DNA from: a virus
Taxonomy: Duplodnaviria; Caudoviricetes
IMG/VR virus record: IMGVR_UViG_3300025570_000011
Coordinates: 6,190-70,189 of that record
DNA: 64,000 bases
Direction: 5' to 3' (one strand)
Below are positions 1-7,960 of the stretch, piece after piece. A program made the position numbers and the translations under genes. Position 1 is the first letter of the stretch. Each line of letters opens with the position of its first letter. Below the pieces are notes generated by a model. The model had not been told where the DNA came from. It made no database searches and worked only from the letters and a program-made list of their open reading frames with translations.

Positions 1-1
1 T

Positions 2-121
2 TGGCAAGGGACCGTATATTACCATGGAGCTAAATACGAAACTCTTCCATGGGAAAGGGAAGCAACTCAATATGAAAAAATTCTATATAACAAACATATT
101 GTCAATAAAAGACAATTATAA
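2..121 (+). CDS. 3' end of a putative zinc metallopeptidase-like protein (partial, truncated by window edge)
   Basis: Frame reads ...WQGTVYYHGAKYETLPWEREATQYEK...*; the 'Y..LPWEREA' motif matches the C-terminus of the HExxH protein at 51994-52422 (YDDMPWEKEA). Confidence 0.55.
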   Translation, partial: WQGTVYYHGAKYETLPWEREATQYEKILYNKHIVNKRQL

Positions 122-124
122 ATA
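117..124 (+). promoter_or_regulatory. T4-type late promoter TATAAATA
   Basis: Exact TATAAATA 8 nt upstream of ATG 133. Confidence 0.7.
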
Positions 125-132
125 CTAAATAA

Positions 133-1056
133 ATGAAGTCCTTTAAAGAATATATTGGTGAAGCTGCTAAAACACAAAAGCAGTTCATTGCTCACCTTGA
201 TAAAATGCCACCACTCAAATTTCTTGAACTTGCAAAACGCCTTGATAAAGAAATGGGCGGAGTTCTTTCAAAGGATAATGCTGAGATCAGAGAGAAGATG
301 GATGGTTCAGCTCTTCGTATTGGTTTAGATGAGAAGGGGCGATTCTTTGCTCAAACTTCTACATCGCCTTCATTTTTTAACTTTGGCGATTTTAGAAAGC
401 GTTTTTCTAAGCATGGTGAAGAAGCCGCACTTATGGGAGACAAGTGGGATGATATTTTTAAAATGATAAAGAGTGACTCCAAGGTTAATGCCATTCTTAA
501 AAAGTATAATACTAAAAACGGTATTAAGGTTGTTGGAGAGATTATGTATCCTCCGCTTGGTATTGATTTACTTGATAAAATGCGATTTATTCGTATTGAT
601 TATGAGAAGAAAAAACTTGGTTCTGATTATACCTTCGTTCCTTTTTACGTTATGGATAATGAAAATAACATACATCCAAAAGAAAAAGAAATCTTTAAAG
701 AACTATACAAGATATCAAATTCTAAACGTAAATATGTCAATACCGTTGTTTTAAAGGATAAAGACATTAATATTAAAACGGATTTGAGTATTGTAAACAA
801 CGATCTTGTTAAGAAATATAAAAATTTAAATGATGTATTGGTATCAAGGAAGCATATAGATCGTGAGTTAAAAACAAAAATCAAAGATGAGATTTTGCTG
901 CTACAACGAAAGCTTGCTGCTAAAATACTTTCATATGTTGATGGCGGTCTGTTAGGAAAAGATTTCGAAGGAATTGTAATTAAACTAAGTGACGGTTCCT
1001 TAATTAAAATTATTTCTGACAAGTTTAAGAACACAACCTTTGATAAAAACCGTTAA
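133..1056 (+). CDS. RNA-ligase-like (covalent nucleotidyltransferase) protein with capsid-targeting-like leader
   Basis: Ligase motifs I EKMDG, III VGEIM, IIIa FVPFYV, IV EGIVIK, V IKIIS; N-terminus MKSFKEYIGE resembles T4 internal-protein leader. Confidence 0.65.
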   Translation: MKSFKEYIGEAAKTQKQFIAHLDKMPPLKFLELAKRLDKEMGGVLSKDNAEIREKMDGSALRIGLDEKGRFFAQTSTSPSFFNFGDFRKRFSKHGEEAALMGDKWDDIFKMIKSDSKVNAILKKYNTKNGIKVVGEIMYPPLGIDLLDKMRFIRIDYEKKKLGSDYTFVPFYVMDNENNIHPKEKEIFKELYKISNSKRKYVNTVVLKDKDINIKTDLSIVNNDLVKKYKNLNDVLVSRKHIDRELKTKIKDEILLLQRKLAAKILSYVDGGLLGKDFEGIVIKLSDGSLIKIISDKFKNTTFDKNR

Positions 1057-1070
1057 TAAATACTAATACA

Positions 1071-1976
1071 ATGCTTGCATATAAACAATTTTTAGAAAAT
1101 AAACGGCAGCTGTCTGAAGGTGGTAATGCTGTTAAAGGAGTCGGACCGATTAATCAAGAGAATTCTATTCCTACATATAATAAAATTCTTAGTGAGTTTT
1201 TGCCAAAGCTTAAACTTAAAGATAAACATGTAGCGAGTCTTGGCTCTACTGGTAAAAAAGGACCAAAGCAAACCTCAGGCGATATTGATATTGCTCTTGA
1301 TGCTACCGAGCTTTTAAAATCAAATAAGATTGACACATATGCAGATCTAATGGATTTTATTGTTGTTACAGTTAAATCTTTAGGATATGATTATAAAGAT
1401 ATGCGTAGTATTGGTATTGTTAGTATTGCATATCCAATTGTTAATGACGATAAGTTACAAGCAGATAAACTTGTTCAAGTAGACTTTATGGTTGTTGAAA
1501 ATCTTAAACATGCAACATGGGCTTTTCACAGTCCTTCATATCTTGAGTCCAATCTAAAGGGTTTATATAGAAACGAATTAAACTTTGCTGTCGCTAAATA
1601 TGCTGGATTTAAAGTAACTGAAAGAGACAAAGAAAGCAAAGAAGCCGTTACATGGCAGCGCTTTTGGTGGGATATTAAACGAGGCTTAAGTAAAGGAACA
1701 CAAACTCGATTAAGTGCAAAAACTGGTAAAATTGTAAAAGGCACTAGACCGTTAACAAAAAACGATATTTCTGATGAGCCTGATGATATTGTTAAGTTCC
1801 TATATGGAGAGAAATATAAAGCAAGAGATATTTTAACTTTTGATGATGCTCTTAATGCTATTATGAGTAATGATTTTCCTTATAAGAAACAAAGGAAGAC
1901 TATTTTAAAAGCTGCATCCGAATCTATACAAAAGAAAGGCTTCCCTATTCCGAAGCAAATGGCCAAATATATATAA
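1071..1976 (+). CDS. Pol-beta superfamily nucleotidyltransferase
   Basis: LGS...SGDIDIA (GS + DxD) and third Asp in VQVDFM; leader MLAYKQFLE. Confidence 0.7.
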   Translation: MLAYKQFLENKRQLSEGGNAVKGVGPINQENSIPTYNKILSEFLPKLKLKDKHVASLGSTGKKGPKQTSGDIDIALDATELLKSNKIDTYADLMDFIVVTVKSLGYDYKDMRSIGIVSIAYPIVNDDKLQADKLVQVDFMVVENLKHATWAFHSPSYLESNLKGLYRNELNFAVAKYAGFKVTERDKESKEAVTWQRFWWDIKRGLSKGTQTRLSAKTGKIVKGTRPLTKNDISDEPDDIVKFLYGEKYKARDILTFDDALNAIMSNDFPYKKQRKTILKAASESIQKKGFPIPKQMAKYI

Positions 1977-1989
1977 CATATAACAAACG

Positions 1990-2685
1990 ATGGAAGAATT
2001 TCAAAAAAACGATATGGCTGAAGGCCGCTCATGGAAATCTATAGGACACTATACCGCAGATGGTAAAGAGTGGGCTGGAGATCAGCATGCGCATAATGGT
2101 CAAATAATGACTGGTAAGACGCATGATAAAAATAGTGTTTACTTATATCATTATAAAGAATTATCTGCTGAAGTGAGAAAAAAAATCGATGCAGAAATTG
2201 AAGAAGCAGAAAAGGATTTACGCTTACGTGACCTTGAAGTTGTTGATCCAACCGATGGCAGTTGGGGCGATGAAATGGGCTTCTTAAATCGTCGATATAT
2301 GAAACGTCATAATTCGTATGTTACTGAAGATTCCGAAGACGAATGCTATAGTGAAGCGCTAACTGCTATTCAACGAATTAAGCGTAGAGCGATAATGCGT
2401 AAAAGCAAAGCGGCTATTGCTCGTGGACGACGTCGTTCTGAAAAGAAAAAACCAACACTTAAGGTAATGAAGAATAGAGCTTTGAAAGCTGCTAGGAACC
2501 TTTTATTTAAAAAGTTGGCGGGTCAACGATCAAAAGATGAGTTGAGCTTTTCTGAAAGATCTAGAATTGAAAAGGTTCTATCAAAAAAACAAGGTAAGAT
2601 CAAAGCGATTGCTAAAAAGATTTTACCAAAATTAATCCAAAAGGAAAAAGAGAAGCGCGCTAAAAAAGCAGCAGAAAAGAAATAA
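1990..2685 (+). CDS. Hypothetical protein, probably head-internal (acidic N-half, very basic C-half)
   Basis: ORF track; Arg/Lys-rich helical C-terminus reminiscent of T4-like prohead core proteins; sits in late cluster. Confidence 0.5.
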   Translation: MEEFQKNDMAEGRSWKSIGHYTADGKEWAGDQHAHNGQIMTGKTHDKNSVYLYHYKELSAEVRKKIDAEIEEAEKDLRLRDLEVVDPTDGSWGDEMGFLNRRYMKRHNSYVTEDSEDECYSEALTAIQRIKRRAIMRKSKAAIARGRRRSEKKKPTLKVMKNRALKAARNLLFKKLAGQRSKDELSFSERSRIEKVLSKKQGKIKAIAKKILPKLIQKEKEKRAKKAAEKK

Positions 2686-3488
2686 TGAAATCATTTAAAA
2701 CATTTATTAAAGAAAAGGAAGTCAAAACATTGGTGACTACCTTTGGCCGTTTTAACCCGCCACATGTTGGACACGCCGTAAACTTTAAAGAGTTAGCAGC
2801 AGCAGCTAAAAAAGAAAAAGCGGATTATAGAATTTACTCTTCGCAGTCGCAGGACGCTAAAAGGAATCCATTAGGATATGAAGAAAAAATTAAATTTCTT
2901 AGAAAGCTTTTTCCTCAACACGCTCGTAGTATTTACTTAGACAAAAAGGTTAAAAACCCATTTGATGTTGCTAAACAAGCTTATGCAGATGGTTATGAGA
3001 AACTTGTTATTGCGGTTGGGCCAGATCGTGCGAACGAATTTAAAGATATGTTATTGAAATATAACAAAGAAGGCGGTATATTTTATTTTCCTGCCGGTAT
3101 TGAAATTGTTGATACTGGAAAGGGTAAAAGGATTTCAAGCGCCACTCTTATGAGAAAGTCTGTAGAAAATAATGACCTTGCAACCTTTGCTAAAAATCTT
3201 CCTAAAACATTTAAAGAAGTTGAAAAGTTATTTAATGCAGTAAGGAAAGGAATGGGTTTAAAAGAATCTACCAACTTCCGCAAACATATTGATATAAATC
3301 CAAATGAAGCGCGTGAGCGTTTTTTCAATAAGGAAATCTTTAATGAAAATGATAAAGTTATAAGTATAAAGGATAATAAAACTTATACTATTAAAGAGCG
3401 CTTTAGTAATTACGTTAGCGCAGCTGATGGCACCACTATTAAAAAGTTTTTTATAACAGATATAATCCCTATTAATGAAAACCCTTAA
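2685..3488 (+). CDS. Cytidylyltransferase-like (HIGH-motif) nucleotidyltransferase
   Basis: TFGRFNPPHVGH motif, KRNPL, ISSATLMR; family common in environmental T4-like phages; leader MKSFKTFIKE. Confidence 0.8.
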   Translation: MKSFKTFIKEKEVKTLVTTFGRFNPPHVGHAVNFKELAAAAKKEKADYRIYSSQSQDAKRNPLGYEEKIKFLRKLFPQHARSIYLDKKVKNPFDVAKQAYADGYEKLVIAVGPDRANEFKDMLLKYNKEGGIFYFPAGIEIVDTGKGKRISSATLMRKSVENNDLATFAKNLPKTFKEVEKLFNAVRKGMGLKESTNFRKHIDINPNEARERFFNKEIFNENDKVISIKDNKTYTIKERFSNYVSAADGTTIKKFFITDIIPINENP

Positions 3489-3618
3489 ACTTATAATTTT
3501 ATCTAGCTATATTTTTATTGGGACGTCGTGTGTTCGTCCTCACTCAATAAACCTGCAAATGGAACAACTTCCAGCCGAAGAATTAGAAACAACTTTAAAC
3601 CTTAAATGGAAACTTTAA
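3475..3618 (+). CDS. Small putative lipoprotein (47 aa, not in ORF track)
   Basis: MKTLKLIILSSYIFIGTSC... signal-peptide-II-like start; fills the gap between neighbouring genes. Confidence 0.4.
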   Translation: MKTLKLIILSSYIFIGTSCVRPHSINLQMEQLPAEELETTLNLKWKL

Positions 3619-3630
3619 CAAACAAATAAA

Positions 3631-5511
3631 ATGAAAAAACTAACAGATATTTTAGAAAACAAAAATGTTATCTTAGACGAGAATAGCGACGCTAGCTTAG
3701 AAATCCTATTAAACGAAGCCGATGCAAAACCGCCAGAAAATACTGATGTTGGTATTGTTCTTTCAAGACTATCAGATATGATTTCAATGTCAGACGACTT
3801 ATATGATACTGCATCTTCTCTTGAAGAGATTGATAAGGAAACTGCTGATACTGTTGAATCCACATATAATTCTCTTGATGAGTTATATGCTATGTTTGAT
3901 GATAAGTATGATATCTTTAGATCTGATTTTGATATGGGTGACATTGAAATGGATGAAGATTTCCGTATTAGTTTAGATGATCTATTAAATGAAGCGACTG
4001 ATGAGTTATCAGAAGCATTCTTACGTTTGCCTGGCCATTTTATTAATAACGAATTATATGGAGTAGAACGAGATCTTAATACTTTTATTAAGGGTTTGCA
4101 AAATGGTAATGATGTTAATATGAAAGAGCTTAATAAAATCATTAAGATATTACAAAGCGCTAAGAAGGAAGTTAAGAAATTCAATAAGCCTGAAGAGGTT
4201 CCTGTTAGTTTTCAATATAAAAAAGAATCTATTGAAGAAGCAAAACGTCGAAACCAAGGGCTTACTGATTTATTCCATAACCTTGCTGCAGTTGAAAGAC
4301 AACTACGTCCTAACAGCCCTATTCACAGGTTAGTTGAAAAGACCGCTGAGGGTAATTATACTGCAGAATTTAAGAAGATGCAAAAATTGGTTGCTCCTCT
4401 TGTTAAAATGTGGGATGACATTGAAGCGGACTTAGACACAGACTACCCTCGCGAATCTATTGAAGAAGCTAAGATGTCGCCTGAAGATACTAAGCTCGCA
4501 CAGGAAATTATCAAGAGCGAAGATGAAAGGGTCAGCGTTACTTATGGTCAAAAACTAAAAGTTGCTCGACAAAAGCTTATTAAAAAATATGGTAAAGATT
4601 GGGCCAAAATGGTTGAATCTATTGAAGAAGCTGGAGGCGATTGGGTTGTCGTTGATTTAAATACTAAGAAGGTTACGTATGTTAAATCATATGACGCTGC
4701 TTCAAAGTATGTGAAGAAGAACGGTGGAGTAATTGCAAGCGCTGAATATTATGCTGATAACAAAAAGAAGTTTGAAGATACCTCGTTTGAAGGAGAGCCT
4801 CTTGATGAAGACAAGTATACCGATCTTGGTTTAAGCGTATCCCATACTCTAAACATGGCTCAAACCTTTTGGTATAAGTTAGGCGGTAAAGCTCAAATTG
4901 ATCAAAAGAAATATGCTAAGCTTGAAGCTGATTATGTTAAAAGAGGTAAAGTAAAAGTAAAGCTTGATGATATTGGTAAAGTTACATTCAAGAATGTAAC
5001 ACACCATCTGACATTTAAAGATAAGAGTAAAGCAATGTTCCACGTTTCTGATAAACCTGGCACACCAACCGTAATCGGAAACTTCGATGCTCTTGGTGTT
5101 AACGGTAAGCGCGGTAATATGTTCCATTCTGCTATTAAAGATAGAGATCTTGATTTAACATTTACAGAATCCATTGAAGAAGCTGTTTCTGGTTCAACAC
5201 TTTCCATTCTAAAGAAGGTCGGTTTTAAAGAAGCTCCAGTAGATAATACAACAACAAAGGTTGTTAATTCTCTTTCTGGTAAAAAACTTAAACTGACTCA
5301 ACTGTTTGGTATATCAATGCGAGCTGGTAAGTGGGCTGATATCTTTGTTGGTTCTACCGAAGATGGTAAATATTTCGTGGTTGATCCATCTGGAACTACT
5401 ATCTTTAATAAAGAATCTGAGTTAGTAACCGCTTTAAAGTCTGCGGCACTTGGTGAATCTATCAACCACTTTTTAAAGGGCGGTAAAGACCTTAACGACA
5501 TCGTTGGTTAA
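3631..5511 (+). CDS. Putative head-internal polyprotein with repeated ESIEEA protease-site linkers
   Basis: ESIEEA occurs four times; T4 prohead protease gp21 cleaves after Glu in (I/L)-x-E contexts; acidic N-terminal region. Confidence 0.55.
   Translation: MKKLTDILENKNVILDENSDASLEILLNEADAKPPENTDVGIVLSRLSDMISMSDDLYDTASSLEEIDKETADTVESTYNSLDELYAMFDDKYDIFRSDFDMGDIEMDEDFRISLDDLLNEATDELSEAFLRLPGHFINNELYGVERDLNTFIKGLQNGNDVNMKELNKIIKILQSAKKEVKKFNKPEEVPVSFQYKKESIEEAKRRNQGLTDLFHNLAAVERQLRPNSPIHRLVEKTAEGNYTAEFKKMQKLVAPLVKMWDDIEADLDTDYPRESIEEAKMSPEDTKLAQEIIKSEDERVSVTYGQKLKVARQKLIKKYGKDWAKMVESIEEAGGDWVVVDLNTKKVTYVKSYDAASKYVKKNGGVIASAEYYADNKKKFEDTSFEGEPLDEDKYTDLGLSVSHTLNMAQTFWYKLGGKAQIDQKKYAKLEADYVKRGKVKVKLDDIGKVTFKNVTHHLTFKDKSKAMFHVSDKPGTPTVIGNFDALGVNGKRGNMFHSAIKDRDLDLTFTESIEEAVSGSTLSILKKVGFKEAPVDNTTTKVVNSLSGKKLKLTQLFGISMRAGKWADIFVGSTEDGKYFVVDPSGTTIFNKESELVTALKSAALGESINHFLKGGKDLNDIVG
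4225..5184 (+). repeat. Dispersed 17-18 bp direct repeat GAATC(T/C)ATTGAAGAAGC x4
   Basis: Copies at 4225, 4453, 4615 and 5167, all in frame (ESIEEA). Confidence 0.9.
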
Positions 5512-5549
5512 TCTTTAATAATCCTTATATATAATTATATAAGGTTAAT

Positions 5550-5921
5550 ATGACAAAGGAAAATAAAAAATTAAATTTAAACAATTTCTCATTATATGCA
5601 GCGCAGCATTATACTAATCCAAGAGTATTAAACGTTGACGAATTTTATGAAGATTTGAATAAATTTAAATATGTAAAGAAACTATTTACCAAATATAAAA
5701 ACTCTGGCGACTTAAAAGAAAGATTAATATTAAATCATATAATTTCAATATATAATGTTTTTAACATCGAGGCTGCAACTAAAATGTGCTTCTTTAAAAT
5801 GGACGAAGAATCTCATCCTGCGTTAAAAACGTTCTTGTTATACTTAAACTATATTCAGGAGCGCGAATTTATAAATATTCCATGTGATCTATACGTTGTA
5901 AAAAAACTAAATAAAATATAA
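5550..5921 (+). CDS. Conserved T4-like phage hypothetical protein
   Basis: YAAQHYTNP...EFYEDL...LKERLILNHII pattern recognisable from environmental T4-like phages. Confidence 0.65.
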   Translation: MTKENKKLNLNNFSLYAAQHYTNPRVLNVDEFYEDLNKFKYVKKLFTKYKNSGDLKERLILNHIISIYNVFNIEAATKMCFFKMDEESHPALKTFLLYLNYIQEREFINIPCDLYVVKKLNKI

Positions 5922-5926
5922 AACAA

Positions 5927-6508
5927 GTGGGATTCCTATTCAAAGCGGCCGATACATTTTTTGCCTTACGATTTTTAAGGTTATTAACCATGCCTTGGAC
6001 TAAAACTGGCGCTTTTGAAAATGGTATTATAGACAAAAATGGTAAGGTAATTAAAAAGCCAGAGACTCCTAAGGAAAAGGAAGTGTATAACTTGTTTCAT
6101 AAATTGGTTTTTAATATTAAACGGTTATTAAATAAAATCCCATTTGGTAAATCAACGCTTGCTAGTTACGCCGCCGGATTATATTTGATTAAGGAACATA
6201 CCGGAATGTCTGAGCTATTAATGGGAGAGCTCCTAGAAGAAGCGTTTGGTTATAATCCAGCAACTGATATTGATTTAAATGAAGATATTGAAGACACCCG
6301 TATTCAATCTGGTAATTATTTTTTAGGTGAAGATTTGTTTTTTGCAAATGGTAATATGCTTACACCGGTTGGTAATACAACATTAACAATTAATGAAAAC
6401 TCTACTAATATGATTGGAACTATATTTAATATTCCAATTTATAAAGCAAAGGATAATAAAACCAACCAATTCGTTTTGGTTACCACTAACAACATAACAA
6501 AAATATAA
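5927..6508 (+). CDS. Conserved T4-like phage hypothetical protein
   Basis: RFLRLLTMPW...GIID.NGK...FHKLVFNIKRLL pattern; late promoter TATAAATA at 5870-5877. Confidence 0.6.
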   Translation: MGFLFKAADTFFALRFLRLLTMPWTKTGAFENGIIDKNGKVIKKPETPKEKEVYNLFHKLVFNIKRLLNKIPFGKSTLASYAAGLYLIKEHTGMSELLMGELLEEAFGYNPATDIDLNEDIEDTRIQSGNYFLGEDLFFANGNMLTPVGNTTLTINENSTNMIGTIFNIPIYKAKDNKTNQFVLVTTNNITKI

Positions 6509-6509
6509 A

Positions 6510-6842
6510 ATGGATATTAACGAGACAAACGAAGATACGCCAAGCATGACGACATCTACTACAGCAACAACCAACGGAGGACCTTCTAAGAAAGGCTCAT
6601 ATAATCAATACAACCAAGGTGATAATTGGAAAATTTTTGATGTTGATACGGATTGCTTTGAAAAATTTAGAAGTGGACGTAAGAAGTTCGAAAGATGGGC
6701 CCGCTTTTTAAACATGGACAACGAAACACACAAATCAATTTATGATTATGCGTCAAAGCATTCAAAAAATACTATAGTTTTACGCTGTTCAGAATCAGGC
6801 GCACTTCGAGCAATTCGACGTCGTTCTAGTAACGGTCTGTAA
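6510..6842 (+). CDS. Hypothetical protein
   Basis: ORF track; tightly coupled to upstream gene. Confidence 0.6.
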   Translation: MDINETNEDTPSMTTSTTATTNGGPSKKGSYNQYNQGDNWKIFDVDTDCFEKFRSGRKKFERWARFLNMDNETHKSIYDYASKHSKNTIVLRCSESGALRAIRRRSSNGL

Positions 6843-6859
6843 ATAACCACAGTTTGTTA

Positions 6860-6887
6860 TTTACAAATCGCTTAGTTATGATATAAT
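6860..6887 (+). promoter_or_regulatory. Sigma70-type early promoter (TTTACA-N16-TATAAT, extended -10 TG)
   Basis: Upstream of nrdB. Confidence 0.65.
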
Positions 6888-6955
6888 TATACTATCATAA
6901 CGAAATCAACCCGTGCCTGTAATAAGCACAAAACCACAAAACTATAGTAACCTAA

Positions 6956-7939
6956 ATGAGCAATCCCACAATCTTTGATGAGCAGGTAAGCAGAAAACCT
7001 AATCATTATCCATGGACCGAAGCCTTTATTGAAAGCATGCACAACGGCTTTTGGACCGACAAAGAATTTAGTTTTAAAAGTGATATCCATCAATTTAAAA
7101 CAGTCCTAACCGAACAAGAACAACAAATTATTATTCGTGATCTAAGCGCGATTGGTCAAATTGAAGTTGCTGTAAAAACATTTTGGGCTAAGCTTGGAGA
7201 GAACCTTCCACACCCATCACTTCAAGATCTTGGGTATGTTATGGCCAACACTGAAGTTATTCATAACAATGCTTATGAACGTCTTATTTCTATTTTAGAT
7301 ATGGAGGATGTGTTTGAAGAGAATCTTAAATTGGATTTTATTCAAGGCCGAGTTAATTATCTTAAGAAATATACTCACCGGTTCTATAAAGATAGTAAGA
7401 AGCAATACTTATATGCTATTACATTATTTACTTTGTTTGTTGAGAACGTTTCGTTGTTTTCTCAATTCTACGTTATTAACTGGTTTGCTCGTTATAGAAA
7501 CGTTTTAAAAGACACTGATCAACAAGTAAAATATACTCGTAATGAAGAGCGTATCCACGCAATGGTTGGTATGAAAATTATTAATACCATTCGTGAAGAG
7601 CTTCCTGAGTTATTTGATGATGAACTTGAAGAGCGTATTGTTGCTGCAGCGCATGAAGCGTTTAAAGCCGAATCCAAAATTATTGATTGGGTCGTTAATG
7701 GTATTGACGAAGAAGGTTTATCTGCTCCAATTCTAAAAGAGTTTATTAAGAATAGAATTAATGCAAGCATGGGCGATATTGGTTTTCAAAAGCCATTTGA
7801 AATTGACGAAAAATTGCTTGAATCTACTATGTGGTTTGAAGAAGAACTTCATGGTAATAATATGACTGACTTCTTCCATAGCAGACCTGTTGAATATTCT
7901 AAAAAGAGCCAATCTTTTGATGAAGATGACTTGTTTTAA
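6956..7939 (+). CDS. nrdB: Ribonucleotide reductase class Ia beta subunit
   Basis: FWTDKE, EVIHNNAY (ExxH + Tyr radical), VENVSLFSQF, EERIH, C-terminal DFF...EYSK...DDLF. Confidence 0.95.
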   Translation: MSNPTIFDEQVSRKPNHYPWTEAFIESMHNGFWTDKEFSFKSDIHQFKTVLTEQEQQIIIRDLSAIGQIEVAVKTFWAKLGENLPHPSLQDLGYVMANTEVIHNNAYERLISILDMEDVFEENLKLDFIQGRVNYLKKYTHRFYKDSKKQYLYAITLFTLFVENVSLFSQFYVINWFARYRNVLKDTDQQVKYTRNEERIHAMVGMKIINTIREELPELFDDELEERIVAAAHEAFKAESKIIDWVVNGIDEEGLSAPILKEFIKNRINASMGDIGFQKPFEIDEKLLESTMWFEEELHGNNMTDFFHSRPVEYSKKSQSFDEDDLF

Positions 7940-7960
7940 TATGTATATATAATTTAACAA

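Noticed and set aside
4225-5184. GAATCTATTGAAGAAGC repeats as a mini-CRISPR
   Set aside because: Repeat too short, spacing irregular (162-552 bp) and always in frame within one ORF
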